This document shows, piece by piece, positions 11,142 through 23,899 of a DNA stretch of 64,000 nucleotides. The notes below the pieces were generated by a model. That model saw only the letters and a program-made list of their open reading frames with translations, had not been told where the DNA came from and made no database searches. How positions within the stretch are numbered: the stretch's first letter is position 1; each line of letters starts with the position of its first letter. Location: positions 19,902,001 through 19,966,000 of the forward strand of contig CM060731.1 in assembly GCA_030704615.1 (NCBI GenBank), read 5' to 3'. The translations under genes were made by a program, and so were the position numbers. Source of the DNA: Takakia lepidozioides (Eukaryota > Plantae > Bryophyta).

Positions 11142-14100
11142 GAATGTCTTTGGCAGGGCCAACCTGCCACTACCAAATGAATGGAGCCAACCCGCTCCAA
11201 ATCTTGCGCCCCCAGCAAAGAGATGTCTGCTGGCAATGCCTGCTGGTATCCACAAACTACAGACACCGGCAACAACTTAGGTACTGCTGCACCAGTTGAG
11301 CAACATGGCATAGTGAGATGCGTCGTGCAGTCTCATCCCTCTCCACATACAAGTAATGTTGTACTCATACACCTGTTTGTAGCATATCAGCCAAACCAGT
11401 GCTGATCTCGCTAAACAAGTCCAGAAGGCAGATGCCTTCATCCGGGTACTGCCACACAATAGGTGTGGTGTCCAATGGTGACAACTGAGGTGGTCCTGGT
11501 GCAATCACCGCACTATTCTCCTCTCCTGACAGTACAAAGGCCTCTACCCAGGCTTGTTGCACCTGTCTATCAACAACATGCTGCAAATCCTTATTTGTGC
11601 CCCACAATGGAGTATGAGCAACCATGGCAGGCAATTCCGCCGTACCATGCATATCATCCTGTTCTGCTGAAGGTGACACATCCTCTGCATGAGCATTGCC
11701 TTTTAGCAACTCTCTAGGCCAAGTCACTGCACCTGTGAAGGCTGCTAGTGTCGGCATCGTGCCCCGATGGGCAGCAGCAACACCCCCAATGAATGTCACA
11801 GGAAGTTGCACCCACCGGCCATCCCCTGACTGCCATCCAGGCCTGTAAGAGGCCGACTCTTCCTAAAAATCCAGGGTGAAGCCCATGGGGTACAACACTG
11901 CCCCACCAATGAGGACATCGTAAGAGACCACGTGTGTCACAATGGCCTTGGCTCGCATCACTGAGCCATCTAATGGCCAACTCACGCCGTGTCATGCCCC
12001 GAGCCTGCTCTGATCTTCCCAGAGATGTATGTATCTGGAAAGAACATGGCTCTATATCTGCCTCTGTGAGCCCCAAACCTGCGATAGTAGCTCTGCCCAA
12101 CATAAATGGATGAGCTCCCGAGTCCAGCAATACTGGTAGTGGCCGAAATCTCTTGTCCGTCGGCCCACTCAAACAGAAAACACCATCCTGGTTGTCCAAC
12201 AAAACAACTCCAGGTGTCACCATGACGCACTCAATGGCTGGCCTAGCTGACAGCTCCATCAACCTAGCAGTTGCAGCTTGCCATAGCACAGCCATGACAG
12301 TCTTGACCCTCAAATCCGAGGATCTCTCCGATACAGCACCTTCCACTAACTCCGTAGAAAATGAAGTGATCTCCCCACTCTCATAGAGTGTCGCCGCTAG
12401 TCTAAACACTGCAGCTGGTCGTACCCCCGGCGTTGCAATCATGGTCGCCGAGAACAATGGGGCCTGACATACAGATGTGGCCGCTCCCAGCAGCACACTG
12501 GCTACACTAGCCTTGGCAGCAGGTATTGGTGCTACCCATGTGGCTCTCCCCAAGGGCACAATAACCTCCACCTCGGTATTCGTCGGGTAAGAACTAGGTG
12601 CCATGGATGGCGTCGACACTGTCTCCACCAATGTGAAGGATTGAGGCAGCCTAGCCAGACGGCTTGCATCCCCATGCTGTGGATCTAACTCCACCTCTGC
12701 ACCTCGTGGCTCATGAACTCATACTGCTCCTCGAGTCATAGCTGAAGCAGAATCCACTTGTACAAGTGGTCATCCGAGTGTTGCCCCGCACATAAATCCC
12801 ATGCCTCCCATGTCTACCATGTCTCCACCGTCAGGATGACGCTGCTAAGGAGGAACAGGAGGTGGACCCTCAGGTCTTGGAGCCGATACCACCTGAGTTG
12901 TGGCTATGGCAGCAAGTCTTTGCTCTAGCTGTTGAAGCCGGTTGGCCATGCCTTGGTCAACGCCCTGACCTCCACGTCCTTGGCCATGTTGTGGTTGCCC
13001 TCGTCCTGCACCTCGTGCCTGACCACCTCGTCCTCTCTGAGGTGTTCCATTTTGCCCTCGGCCACCATTGTTCCCTTGGAACTTGCCTCACCACAACTCA
13101 GGGTGCAAGTCATAACACTGTGCCTCTCCATGCCCATACTCGCCACAATGCAATTGTGCAGGTTGTGCTTGTGCCGGTTCTTTGCCGCTCTCTGGGCAAT
13201 CATTCTTGACATGGGGTCCTCCACATGTCCAACACACCACCTCTGGTTGTTGTTGGCCTGCAAAAGAAGCTACTGGCCTCTGTACCTGAGGTCCCCTGTA
13301 AGCTCCATGGAGTTTGGGTTGGACAACCTTGCCTCCCTGACCACGCTACGGGATGGTGTGTTGCGCTTGTTGATTGGCAGACATACCCCATGGCATGTCC
13401 TTGCCAAACCCAATGGTCACTACACGCTCTTCCACCATGTTGAGCTCAATCCGCTTAGCCAGCAAAAACAGATCTGCTAAGGTGGGTTGGGCCGCTTATA
13501 ACAGGGTTGCATCCCGCACCCTTCTTCTGAGCTCCTTGTCCAAAATTCTATACCAGAATTGGACTGCCTGAGCTTCAGTGACCCCTTGGGTCACACTTAT
13601 GAAGCGCCTCATACGAGTGTAGGCCTCTCGCAAGCTCTCACTGGACTTGCGCTGGAAGTCTTGCAAACTTCGCAGCTTCTTTGTCCGTACCCCTTGGTAG
13701 TTCCTCCGCAACTCCTGGAAGAACTCCATCACCGGGTTGAATCTAGGCACATGTGTTGTAGTCGTGGCAACAGGAGTGGTAGTACCTTTAGAACTAGTTC
13801 CACCTGCAGAAGTACCGGCAACACTTGTTCCACTACTAGTGCTTGTCGTTGGAGATGTTGGTGCTGATGCAGCTACTGGTAATGGAGACGTAGTCAGGTG
13901 ACCAATACATCCTCCACTCCTCAATCTCTGCTTCATGTCCTCGTCTGAACTCATGATAATCGTCCATAGGCGGGCCGTCCAAATGCTAGAATAGTCCCTT
14001 CCATGCCATGAATGGGGTGAACAACTGTGGATTGCGCATCTGCTGCAAATCACACCAGCTGTCGAACTCTTGCATAAAGTCATCCAGCTCAATTGTGCCC

Positions 14101-15917
14101 ACAGTTCCAGAGTACCTACGAGGCCCCTTGGTAGCTCCATACATTTCCTCCATGTCGTCCCACAACAATTTCAAATGAAACTGCACACCTGTTGATAAAG
14201 CCTCCGAGTCTGTGCTAGACTCTGCACCAGATGAAGGTGGGGATGAAGGTGGTATGAACCGAACCCCTCGCCTCGTGAACCCATTGACAGTACTGGTGCT
14301 AGTGTTGGCTTGTCTTTCTGAACCCTCTGGCAACTCCGTGATGCCCGTTGTTATCCAAACCTGTCCATGTGACACTATAAGGCTCTATAACTAGCTCTAA
14401 CAGTGACACGGGTGGGCACCTGTTGCGGCTTAAAATGTCATGTCCCAATGGCTAAGGGCACCTACACCTGCATCTACCGCAAGAACTCCTATGGTTGGCT
14501 GGTCATCAACCCTGCCTCACCATAGAAGAAACACCGGTGGTCTTGCTGGTCATTACTCCAGCCTCACCATCGACAACATACTCTAGGATTGACCGGTGAT
14601 CAAATCCGGCCTAATCCCTATGAAAGCAAGTGCCCACACAAAACCAACATGGCGCACAGTCAAGCATGCAGGCGTGGGGGGGATCCAAACACAAGAAATC
14701 AAAACATCAACACCTCCACACCAAAATCCCTCCGAAGTGCTGCTCCTGCAGAATACCCCAGCCCAAAAACCCCGGACTGATCACTGGCCTTCACCAATAG
14801 AGGCTTTGGCAACTACAACTACAAGTAAAGAAAATAGTAAAGAGAGGGAGGGGAAGAATAGAGGCCCGACCACTCAAGATCTAATCCTGATCTATGCTAT
14901 CTACATGATGGTAAGGTGTGGGAGGTATATCTATGTCCAGAAACCTGTCACTAACCTTATCCCAAGCTTCAGTAGTTCGCTCTAGCCAGCCTTCCTCCTC
15001 TCTTTGCCAGGTAGAGACAAAGCAATACTCCCATATCTCCCGCTCACTGAATACTAAAGAAAATAAAGGTAGGGTCTGACGGTCTCTCAACTCAAAAGCT
15101 TTAAGACGGTTGCGGGTGTCATCATTTTGAATGACTACATCTCCTTCAAGCAGAACAAACTGTTCGTTGCTAATGAACCCCCGCTCGTGGTTGCCTCATG
15201 CAGAGCGTGTCCGACTGTAACCACGTCTGATTGCAAAAACTTGTAGCTCCTGCTCTGCTCCAGTACACCACGGCCTTGTGGCTGAACACCTTGGTCCCCG
15301 GGACTGTCTTTGGCTGTGTTCCAAGCCTAGCTTCCACCCACTTTGGTATTTCACCTACAACTGTAGAATTGCTCTCTCCCACAGCACTCTACCCGTTGCC
15401 TGACTCCCAGTATACCACAAGGTCATCAAAATGGCTTCCACTTAGCTCAGTCTGTGTGCCTTGGGAAATATAATTTTTTTCCCCAACTGTTTGAAGACTC
15501 AACGAGGAAATGAGCCCTTCAATGGCATCATCATCCCCTCCAGCCATACACTAATCCAAAAGAGCGCCAGGTGTGTTACCAACACAAAACTCAATGATCA
15601 TCCATTCAATTGAAGTAGTTTATTCAATAGGCCTCAAATAGATATGGGGAGGGTCTAATTTACATTAGAAAAAATCTATATATTTTGGCCAGGTCCAAAA
15701 ACTTAAACCCCTTTCTGTAGGTTCCTGTGCAAGTTTGAGGTCAAACAGGCTCTGTATGCCAAAGATATGGCCAAACAGGCTATGTAAACATAATATTTGA
15801 CCTTAAATGGTAACAAATACAAGGAAAAAAAAAATCAATTAATTTCCTTTGGTTCCCCGTTCCCACGTTTTATGCGATGCCCTGCAGGTTCCACGTACAG
15901 TCACCGTTCCCAAGTGC
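11142..15917 (-). mobile_element. DNMT-carrying retrotransposon, copy 2 (inverted, degraded, cut within the DNMT domain by the gap)
   Basis: Reverse-strand homologues of the accessory ORF (15547-14881), gag (about 14375-12700), protease VLLDSGAHP, and DNMT motifs I (ICLLDLFSEISTG) and IV (LVVAGWPCQ). Confidence 0.88.
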
Positions 15918-17108
15918 CCATCGATTAATGCACCAACCAAATTGAATTCACCAACGCAATGGTGTACGCTGATGCAATACATCTGCTGTCAGCCGCCTCT
16001 ATGAATGGATTGAAAGAGCCAGACATATGAATATCAAGGTCAGACATGAACCTGAATTGAGACCACACTGCTACCCGTAAGCACTTACACGGCCCCAACA
16101 GGTCACCTCGCGATGAAGCAACAACACACTAGCTGCAACACATCCAATATAGGTTCATCATGTACACCTTGTAAGAAAACCCTCTTGGAAATCTGAATCC
16201 ATGGACCTGGTGCGTGTAGCAACTTCCAAACAGCCAGTCTTATACCACAGTCTCAAGTGAGCTGGTCGCCTCAGACTGTCATGCGTTGAAGAACTTGCAA
16301 ATTGTGTCTAGCAGATTCGGCCTCCCAGTGACATCTCAACTCACAGTGGGCTATGGGCTTACCACTGCACTCATGGGCAGGGCAATTTCCGGGTCTAGCT
16401 CACCAGCCAGAGCAAAGAAAAAAAAAAAAATCTCGGCCAGCCTTTAACTTGTATCATATGGGAGTTATGCAAAACACCTCCCCTGGAAGTTTCGAAGCAT
16501 TCCTGCAGCAGCTGTGCCTAGCATGCATCTGGATAATTTCAACTTGTTTGAGTTTCCATACTCTAATTCCAACCCCAGCGCTTTCTTGTCAAAGCATGGA
16601 AGCAGAGTGAAGCCTGAGGAGGAATGGAGCTGCAGACCGACGTACCTCGATCGACGTACCTAAACAGCCCTAGCTGATTAACCGAGCCTCACCGTCACCA
16701 TGGCCCCCATCCTTCTTTGCCACCGTGGTGATGGTGCATGTCAAACCCCTGACATCATGGGAACTAGCGATTGACGAATCTGAACCACTCTGGATCCACA
16801 GGTACTTGCTTCGTGCCCTCATTTAAATCTTCAATCGCCTCACTGGCTTTCAGCTTAATTGTTCCATTCTGGAACTACCCTGACGCAGGTAATTTATTTC
16901 TCTTACAGTCACCATGCTGAGATGTCGAATGAGTATAACCCCATGGAGCTGTGATCACCCACTATCAATCTCAGTACTCTTTGCGATGCAGCTCTGGCAT
17001 ACTAGCAGCAAAGCAGATGTCTTGGACTAGGTATATACTGCAAGAGAACCATCCAGGCGGCTCCGCACATATGCTCAAGTACGTGTGAGGAAACTTTGAT
17101 GTAGCACT

Positions 17109-17976
17109 TGTCATATTCGAACCATTGGCGGTGTTATAACAGCCGAGAGCACGCCAGGAAACATCGGCAGCCAAGAAAAATCAGAAAAATCAACCCGAGC
17201 ACAGAGAAGGAGGGACTTCGGGAGCATTTTAGCTTCAACCTCACTACTCCATGGACAATATGCCAGCATAACGTCATTCCATTTCAAATGCCATCATCTG
17301 CTGCTTCATTCCGGGCTGTCCTACCTGGTGTCCCACATGACACCTTCCTTTTATAGGGCCCACCCCCCAAAGGGGCACTAGCTGCAAGGCGAAGTGGCTC
17401 TTAGTTACTCCGGCTACGGCCAGAGTCTTCTCTCTCTCCGGGCTGTCCTTTCCCACGCATCCTCTAGCAACTGACTTGGTTCTTCATTTTAAATATTATT
17501 CTGTATGGACAAGAACAACCTCCAGCTACGGCCGGAGTCTTCTCTCTCTCCGGGCTGTCCTTTCCCACGCATCCTCATACTCGGACTGACTTGGTTCTCC
17601 ATTTTAAATATTATTCTGTATGGACAAGAACAACCTCCAGGGAGTTTGCCAAGCTGGTGGGTTTTTCTATAACTATTCCCCCACTAAATAAGCTAGACAT
17701 CATCTCTCTCGAGTGATCAATAACTAAAAACCATTACTCACACACAGAGTCGAGCCAAGTGCACCCCATGCCGTGGGGAATCCACACCTAGCGCCATAGC
17801 CATTGCGCGAGAGGCTGAGAGATGAGCCTCTCCACGATTGCCGTGAGGATAAGCATCCTCAGGTACCAAAATATTTTAACACATCATTTTGGCACTTAAT
17901 CTAATTCCAAGTGTCTAAAAATATTAACTGGTTGAATTCTAGCTAATTTTACACTATATGCATAAATTGCTTGACA
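17109..17976 (-). mobile_element. LTR-like repeat (TGTCA…TGACA) with an internal tandem duplication of about 114 bp
   Basis: 5-bp inverted termini; TATA-like ctataaaagg on the - strand near 17350; homology to 2618-2990; duplicated unit at 17412-17640. No target-site duplication seen, so the 17109 boundary is tentative. Confidence 0.5.
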
Positions 17977-18209
17977 AATTGAATTAAGTTTGGACGTAAC
18001 ATCTTCCAATTCCATTGATGAGAAAGGTGCTAAGAGATTCGTAAGCTCTACAGAAGAGATGACAAAAGGGAAACAAGCCAAAATGTCTTGTTTGGAGGTA
18101 AGATGTCAAGCAGAAGGAGGTTTCTTACTGAAAAGAGAAGAGAAGTGAAAAGCTACAAATGTTGTCATCTCCTTTGGCTTCATAAGGGAATTGTACATCT
18201 TTAAGCAAG

Positions 18210-18790
18210 CTGATTATGGTCACTGATTACTTGACCAAGTGGGTAGAAGTCCGGCCTTTGCATACCCAGAGTTTTGATGTTGTGGCTCAATTCTTCTTTG
18301 ATGAGAGATTCTTTTGCGGCATGAGAGATCCTCATGGACCAGGGTAAGGAGTTATGTAATCAGCTATTCACGGTGATATGCTTCAATTTTGGTGGGAAAC
18401 ACGTGGCTACAGCTCCTTATCATCCACAGACCAATGGCTTTACAAAGCGTTTTAACCAAACTCTTTTGTCGAATGTTGGAGAAGAATGGTGCACTACCCA
18501 GGGAGTGGGATACTTTCTGCCCTTTTTCTGCCCCTTATACTCTTTGCTTACCGCACCGCTGTGCATGCTAGTACCAAAAAGACTCTTTTTGAATTGTTGT
18601 ATGGATGCTCAGCTTGTGTCTCATCCACCATTGAGACAGATCATTTGCCGTTGAAAGCCTTGCTTATTCCTCGTGAACTAACTGGACGTTTGGCTAGATA
18701 GGCTTTGATTTTACAGGGTTATGATTTTCAGATCTCTTACAAGCAAGACAAAGAGAATGTTAATGCTGATGCATTGACTCGTGGGGAAAC
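18210..18790 (+). mobile_element. Gypsy integrase-core fragment followed by an RNase H tail (rearranged relic)
   Basis: TDYLTKWVEVRP, DQGKELCN, TAPYHPQTNG.T.RFNQTL, then TDHLPLKAL…GRLAR*ALILQGYDFQISYKQDKENVNADALTR. Confidence 0.85.
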
Positions 18791-19199
18791 TAAGCCTCCT
18801 GCCCCTTACACTACTCTAGATGATATCGTTCATGTTCTTTCTTCCCCTTCTGTTACTGCACACCTGTCACTGATCCTTATGCATTATGTCATCTGCTGGA
18901 TTTCCCTTATGTTCCTCCCGATCTGCTAGATTCTTGGGATCTAGTTCAATTTGATGTTCCTTAAATTTCCTGCTTGGTACTTGGCAATGCTCGTAGGTTG
19001 GCAATCTGCAGGGTCCTTAGACACTCCGTCTACAGTCATCCATGTTGTAGATGCAACCTAACCTCCCGATGCCAAGATACACAAAAAGGCAGATGCATGC
19101 CATCCCGGCACCATCTCCTCGTTCATCTCACCATGCCACCGAGCTCCAGTGTCATCCTGCTGGCTCGTGCATGGATTGCGACTCAATGCAGCTGCTCAG

Positions 19200-19780
19200 T
19201 CACTCCCCCCCCCCACATCCGCATTCCTATTGACCAAACCCGGTCGATACATAACCTGAAAGTTATACTCCTGGAGTATAAAGCCCACCGTGCAAGCTCC
19301 CCCGTAAGCTTGTCTGACTCCATCAACCACTTGAGTGGCTGGTGATCCGTGACAATGGTGAAGAGATTGTCGTATAGATAGCACCTGAAGTGTGCCACGG
19401 CCCACACTGCAGCTAAGCACTCCCCCTCATATGAGCTATACTTAGACTCTGCAGCGTTGTTCGAGCGGCTAGCATAAGCCACTACGAACTCTCTTCCCTC
19501 ATCATCCACCTGTGTGAGCACCGCTCCAAGCCCCAACATGCTCCAATATGTATGCACATGAAAGGGACGCCCCCTGATAGGTCGTCTCAAGATCGGCGTC
19601 GAGGTCAACCTCGCCTTGAGCTCCTAAAAAGCTCGCTCTTGCTCATCTTCCCACTGCCACTCCTGGTCTACCTTGGTCAGCTTAGTTAGAGCCTTTGCAA
19701 TAGCACTTAATCCCTTGACAAACCGTCTATAGTAGTTTGTCAACCCCATGAAAGCTCGAACTCGGCTCACATAAGCCAGG
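19200..19780 (-). mobile_element. Gypsy RT-connection and RNase H fragment
   Basis: RAFMGLTNYYRRFVKG; GLGAVLTQVDDEGREFVVAYASRSNNAAESKYSSYEGECLAAVWAVAHFRCYLY; TDHQPLKWL. Confidence 0.9.
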
Positions 19781-19784
19781 TGGT

Positions 19785-20090
19785 GCCAGAGATATACATA
19801 AGGATTCGGTTGTGTTGGACTACCTCCGTACTGGAGACACGGCAGCTAATGTGACTGCCAAGGAGAGGGATCGGATCCTACAACGAGCCAAGAGGTTCAA
19901 GTGGGAGGGGATACACCTGCTTCGAGTGTGGGAGGATGGTCGGGTGAGGATTGTGCCTCACCCAACATAGCGTGCATGATTAGTGCGGCATGCCCATGAG
20001 GAGTTGGGGCATTTGGAGTGCGACGCACTCATAGTTTACTGCAGGGGCAGTATTGGTGGCGTGGTATGCACACAGAGGTGCAACAGTTCA
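19785..20090 (+). mobile_element. Gypsy integrase N-terminal zinc-binding fragment, inverted relative to the adjacent RNase H
   Basis: ERDRILQRAKRFKWEG…HAHEELGH…LQGQYWWRGM. Confidence 0.8.
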
Positions 20091-20687
20091 TGGAAATCGA
20101 CTGGCCACGAACTTGAACGAAACTTACCAAGAGTAGAGTCAGACAACAATCAAGTGTTTTCCAGTGATGGCCATTGTTCTCCGTTGTTTCCACCCTTGTT
20201 ATTTATTCACCTTTCTTGACGAGTTGCATGCTCGCCGTGTGCTATCCATCCATGATGCCAAAAAAAACATTGGTGGGACATTGATAAAGCTCAGCTCTGC
20301 ACGCAAGTTTGCAACTAATTTAACAAACGTGTCAAGTATTTTAACATAGTTTAGGTGGGATAGACGGTGTGTCTTTGCTTATAACATGGTTAAAATGCAT
20401 GCAAATCCAAACTCAAGAGCCATGGTCCATGCTTGATATATCAATTGTTGCGTGGACGACGTGCTCTCCTTCTTCCAGAGGGGTCCAATGTCAAGGCGCA
20501 TGACGATCCTGTCCATCCGACTGATCTGGTCCATTTTGAGCTGGTGTTTGATTCTTACATCAACATGGAAGGACGCACTGTGGGGTGAATTTTGCAGATT
20601 TGATCAATTTTTCCGACTTCCTCTTTTGAAATTCCGGTTTGTGGACCTTAGTATTGAGTCTTCCAGATCTCTTTTTGTGTCTTCTTA

Positions 20688-21019
20688 GAGCATCTCCACT
20701 GGGGGTACACCAAACAACACTGCAACGGTAACCTCCTGCCGCCTCCAACACTCCCCTCCCCCAGCGGCAACCCCATCAAACTACCTTGCACATGTCCTTT
20801 TGGCTGACGTGCCTTGCTCCGGAGGGACCACCTGGACAGACTCTGCCTTACCCTCACGCCATAAATGCAGGCAGCCGTGTTTTTTAGTGGCTCCAGCAGG
20901 TACCGGCCGGATTGGGCCTGTATCCTTCACGAAAGTACAGGCCACGGGGGTGCGGATAACACGACCGGGGGCTCCTTTGCTGTTGTCGGGGCATTTAGGG
21001 ACCCCCGGTGGAAATGCTC
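20688..21019. mobile_element. Tourist-like (PIF/Harbinger) MITE, 332 bp
   Basis: TIRs gagcatctccactggggg and cccccggtggaaatgctc (16/18 match), flanked by TTA on both sides (20685-20687 and 21020-21022). Confidence 0.9.
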
Positions 21020-22224
21020 TTAGTATTTAGATGAACACCACATGTAGTCCCTGTCAAGTTTTTCACATCGAAGGGTTTTGCCCTCGACCCAACTTGCAGG
21101 TGTCAGGTTTTTCTTTTGGCAAGTTTTTTTTACCCTACAGTGGAGGGTGTTCATCTAGTAGGACTTATATTTTACCTTATATTTTACCTCGTGGAGCTTA
21201 GGTTTTCCATCGGGGACTAGTTTGACCTTACTCATCCCTCCTGACAGAACTTTTGAATTACTCAATGTTTTGGGCTCCATACCATAACATACGACCATTA
21301 GGTATCATGAATCCTACACGGTAATCATAGAATGGTGGCTGCATCCTGGCCGTTAAGATACATGACGGTGGACATTCATTACCCTTGTGGCTCGCTATAG
21401 AGACTCTCCATCCAACACCACCACAAGATAAAAAGCTACACATATACTGTGGTTTTCCCGAGGTTGGTTAGCGTGTGAGTAGGGCTTACGCCAGCAGAGA
21501 GGCATGTTTCGCATATTCCTCAAGAATCCGGAGAATATGCGGTAGAGAAACCAAAATCTACTCACGCAAAAAAAGAAAACCGAACCATCTGAAAACCGTG
21601 CTTACGCGACAAAACTTGTGAAATTAATCGCCCAAAGCTTAATTCACGTGAGCACAAAGACCCACAAATATATCTGCCAAAACTCAAAGGTCAGCGAACG
21701 TAAACAATGTGGCTTTCAAGGTAAAACATTGTGTGTAGAAACAAGAACTACCCAAAAAAAGGGTTTCGCTGGCGAAACGCAAACGCATCTTAGGTTTTGC
21801 CAGCGAGACTTGGGTTTCGTCGGCAAAATTGGTGTGGTTTGGTTTTTTTTAAGGTTTCTCTCCTTTCAAGCTCCTTCTATATGTTTTAACATTATATTTA
21901 GACACCATGAAGACCCTATTACCGCAGAAAGACCCTATGTCCGTCTATTACATGTATTTTTGCTGGCATACATCCCCCATAACCGCGGATCCTGCTCACA
22001 CGACGTTTTCTTGTGCTCACTCCGTTTGTGCTCACAGTGTGCTCACATCATACCAATCCCCATTTGCCAAGAGCTCTTGTATAGTTCTAGCCAGGCTAAA
22101 GCAATCTCAAAATAGACTTGTTATTAGAGCTAAAGTAATCCTCAAATGGACTTCCTTCTTTTATCTTTGCCTTCTCCAAACTTGGAGTTACTTTAACAGT
22201 CTCTAACTTCCTCTCTAAGTTAGC

Positions 22225-23400
22225 GAACACCAAAAGTTGTGCATGGTTAATGGCCAGAAGTCTAATTTCTTTGACATTGACCAAGATGTAGCTCAAGGTT
22301 GTGTCCTCTACCCACTCTCTTCAATGTTTTCATATTCAGCTCCTTGAAAATGTGGGTTATCCCATCCAATCTTCAGGAGTTGATTTATTGTGCAAAGAGG
22401 TAGTTTAGCCTATGGAAGCTAGAAGCCAATGCTAGTAAATGCGCAGTGGTGGCCTTCAACAATTGTGAGGAGCGAGGAGGGTAGTGAAGAGATCCCTCTG
22501 CTCCCTTCCTCTTGGTGTTCAGTTTTCCTCCAATTGTAACTGGGGTGCGCATATACAAAAGATGATAAATGCAAAGCTGGGTCTCACTCAATTTTGCCAC
22601 TGCAAAAGGATAAATACTGAAGTTAAAAAGACCATGCTTTGCAACATTAATAGGCCTACCTTGGAGTACAAATCCGGGGTGACAACTCCAACAATGCTAA
22701 AACTTTAGAATCCATTCGGTTTTTGGTGCTCAAAGAGATTACTACATCGTGCTCTAGAACAGTTAACATGACTGCTCAGGTTGGGTTTGGAATACCCCCC
22801 TTGCGCTCTCAATGTGATGAGTTCAAGGTCAGATGGTGGGGTCAGTGGAATCGCACGCCTTATACCCGATACCCTGAGATGATCGACTCTATTTTTGAAA
22901 GCAAGAGCGTCCTGTTAATCAGGCCAAGTCCTGGCCGAAAAGGGGGTTTTCCTGAATGTTAGGCAGAAAGAACTGACCCTGCTAGATGCAGCTGACTTGG
23001 AGGCTGAAGTGTCTAAGGTCGTGATGGAAGCCCGAAGCACGTCCAAACAAAACAAAACGAAGTTAGGCATAAAACCTCCCTGAACTTGTTTCCAGTATAT
23101 GCCATGGGTTTGGACCTTAAGGATGATGTCATAGGCCTAGCTACCCTCGGCACTGACTGAAATTTAAACTCAGGGCGGAGCCAACCTTTGAACAGTAAGA
23201 TGCAGAAAGGAAAGGGAGATTGTCAAAGCCCAAAGAGCCGCCTAAAGGCAATATCCATTTTCTGATACAATGTCCGGAGTATTCTCATCAGAGCGACCCT
23301 CTTCAGGACCATCAAGCACATCGTCCCTGCACCTCTGTTCACCGACTTTCAAAAATCTCGAGGCTGAGCCTAAAGCCCTCACCTTGTTGGGGTCATTGTA
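22225..23400 (+). mobile_element. Degenerate 5'-truncated LINE, same family as 25746-27339
   Basis: NFFDIDQDVAQGC, LGVQFSSNCNW.AHIQ, EVKKTMLC and HFLIQCPEYSHQ all match the minus-strand copy. Confidence 0.85.
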
Positions 23401-23899
23401 GTAAAAGGCCCCTCTTATGACCAAGTGTCCAACTTTTTTGTCCTACATTCTGCTACCATTATTCAACACTAATGTACAATTTTGCTTCCCTTTCCATACT
23501 GGAGGCATAAACAATAATTTGATTTGGTCCCTAAAGAATGAAGGTGCCATTGGTTTACTCTTATAACCCCAAGCCTGAACTGAAACTACTCACCACCACC
23601 GCCTCATGGAACCTGCACTGCTAAGCCATTCTAAAGACAAAATCATATCAGATGCAATAGATTGAAATGCTGTCATTCTAAAGACAAAATCGTAACACGT
23701 GCAATAGACAGAAGTGCTCTCATGATCCACAACACTTACAAATACATATACTCTCATTCTAAAGATCATATCAAAACAGGTGCAATAGATAAAACTGCTC
23801 TCTTGTTAGTTGGCCTTTAATCAATTTCAACACTTTAGAACCATCTTTCAATAGTAGTACAGATGCCCAAATCAAGAGCCCTTGCTCAGCCTAGGAATG

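Noticed and set aside
10590-11311. ORFs of 217-230 aa in the supplied track
   Set aside because: Artefacts of translating through the 500-N gap.
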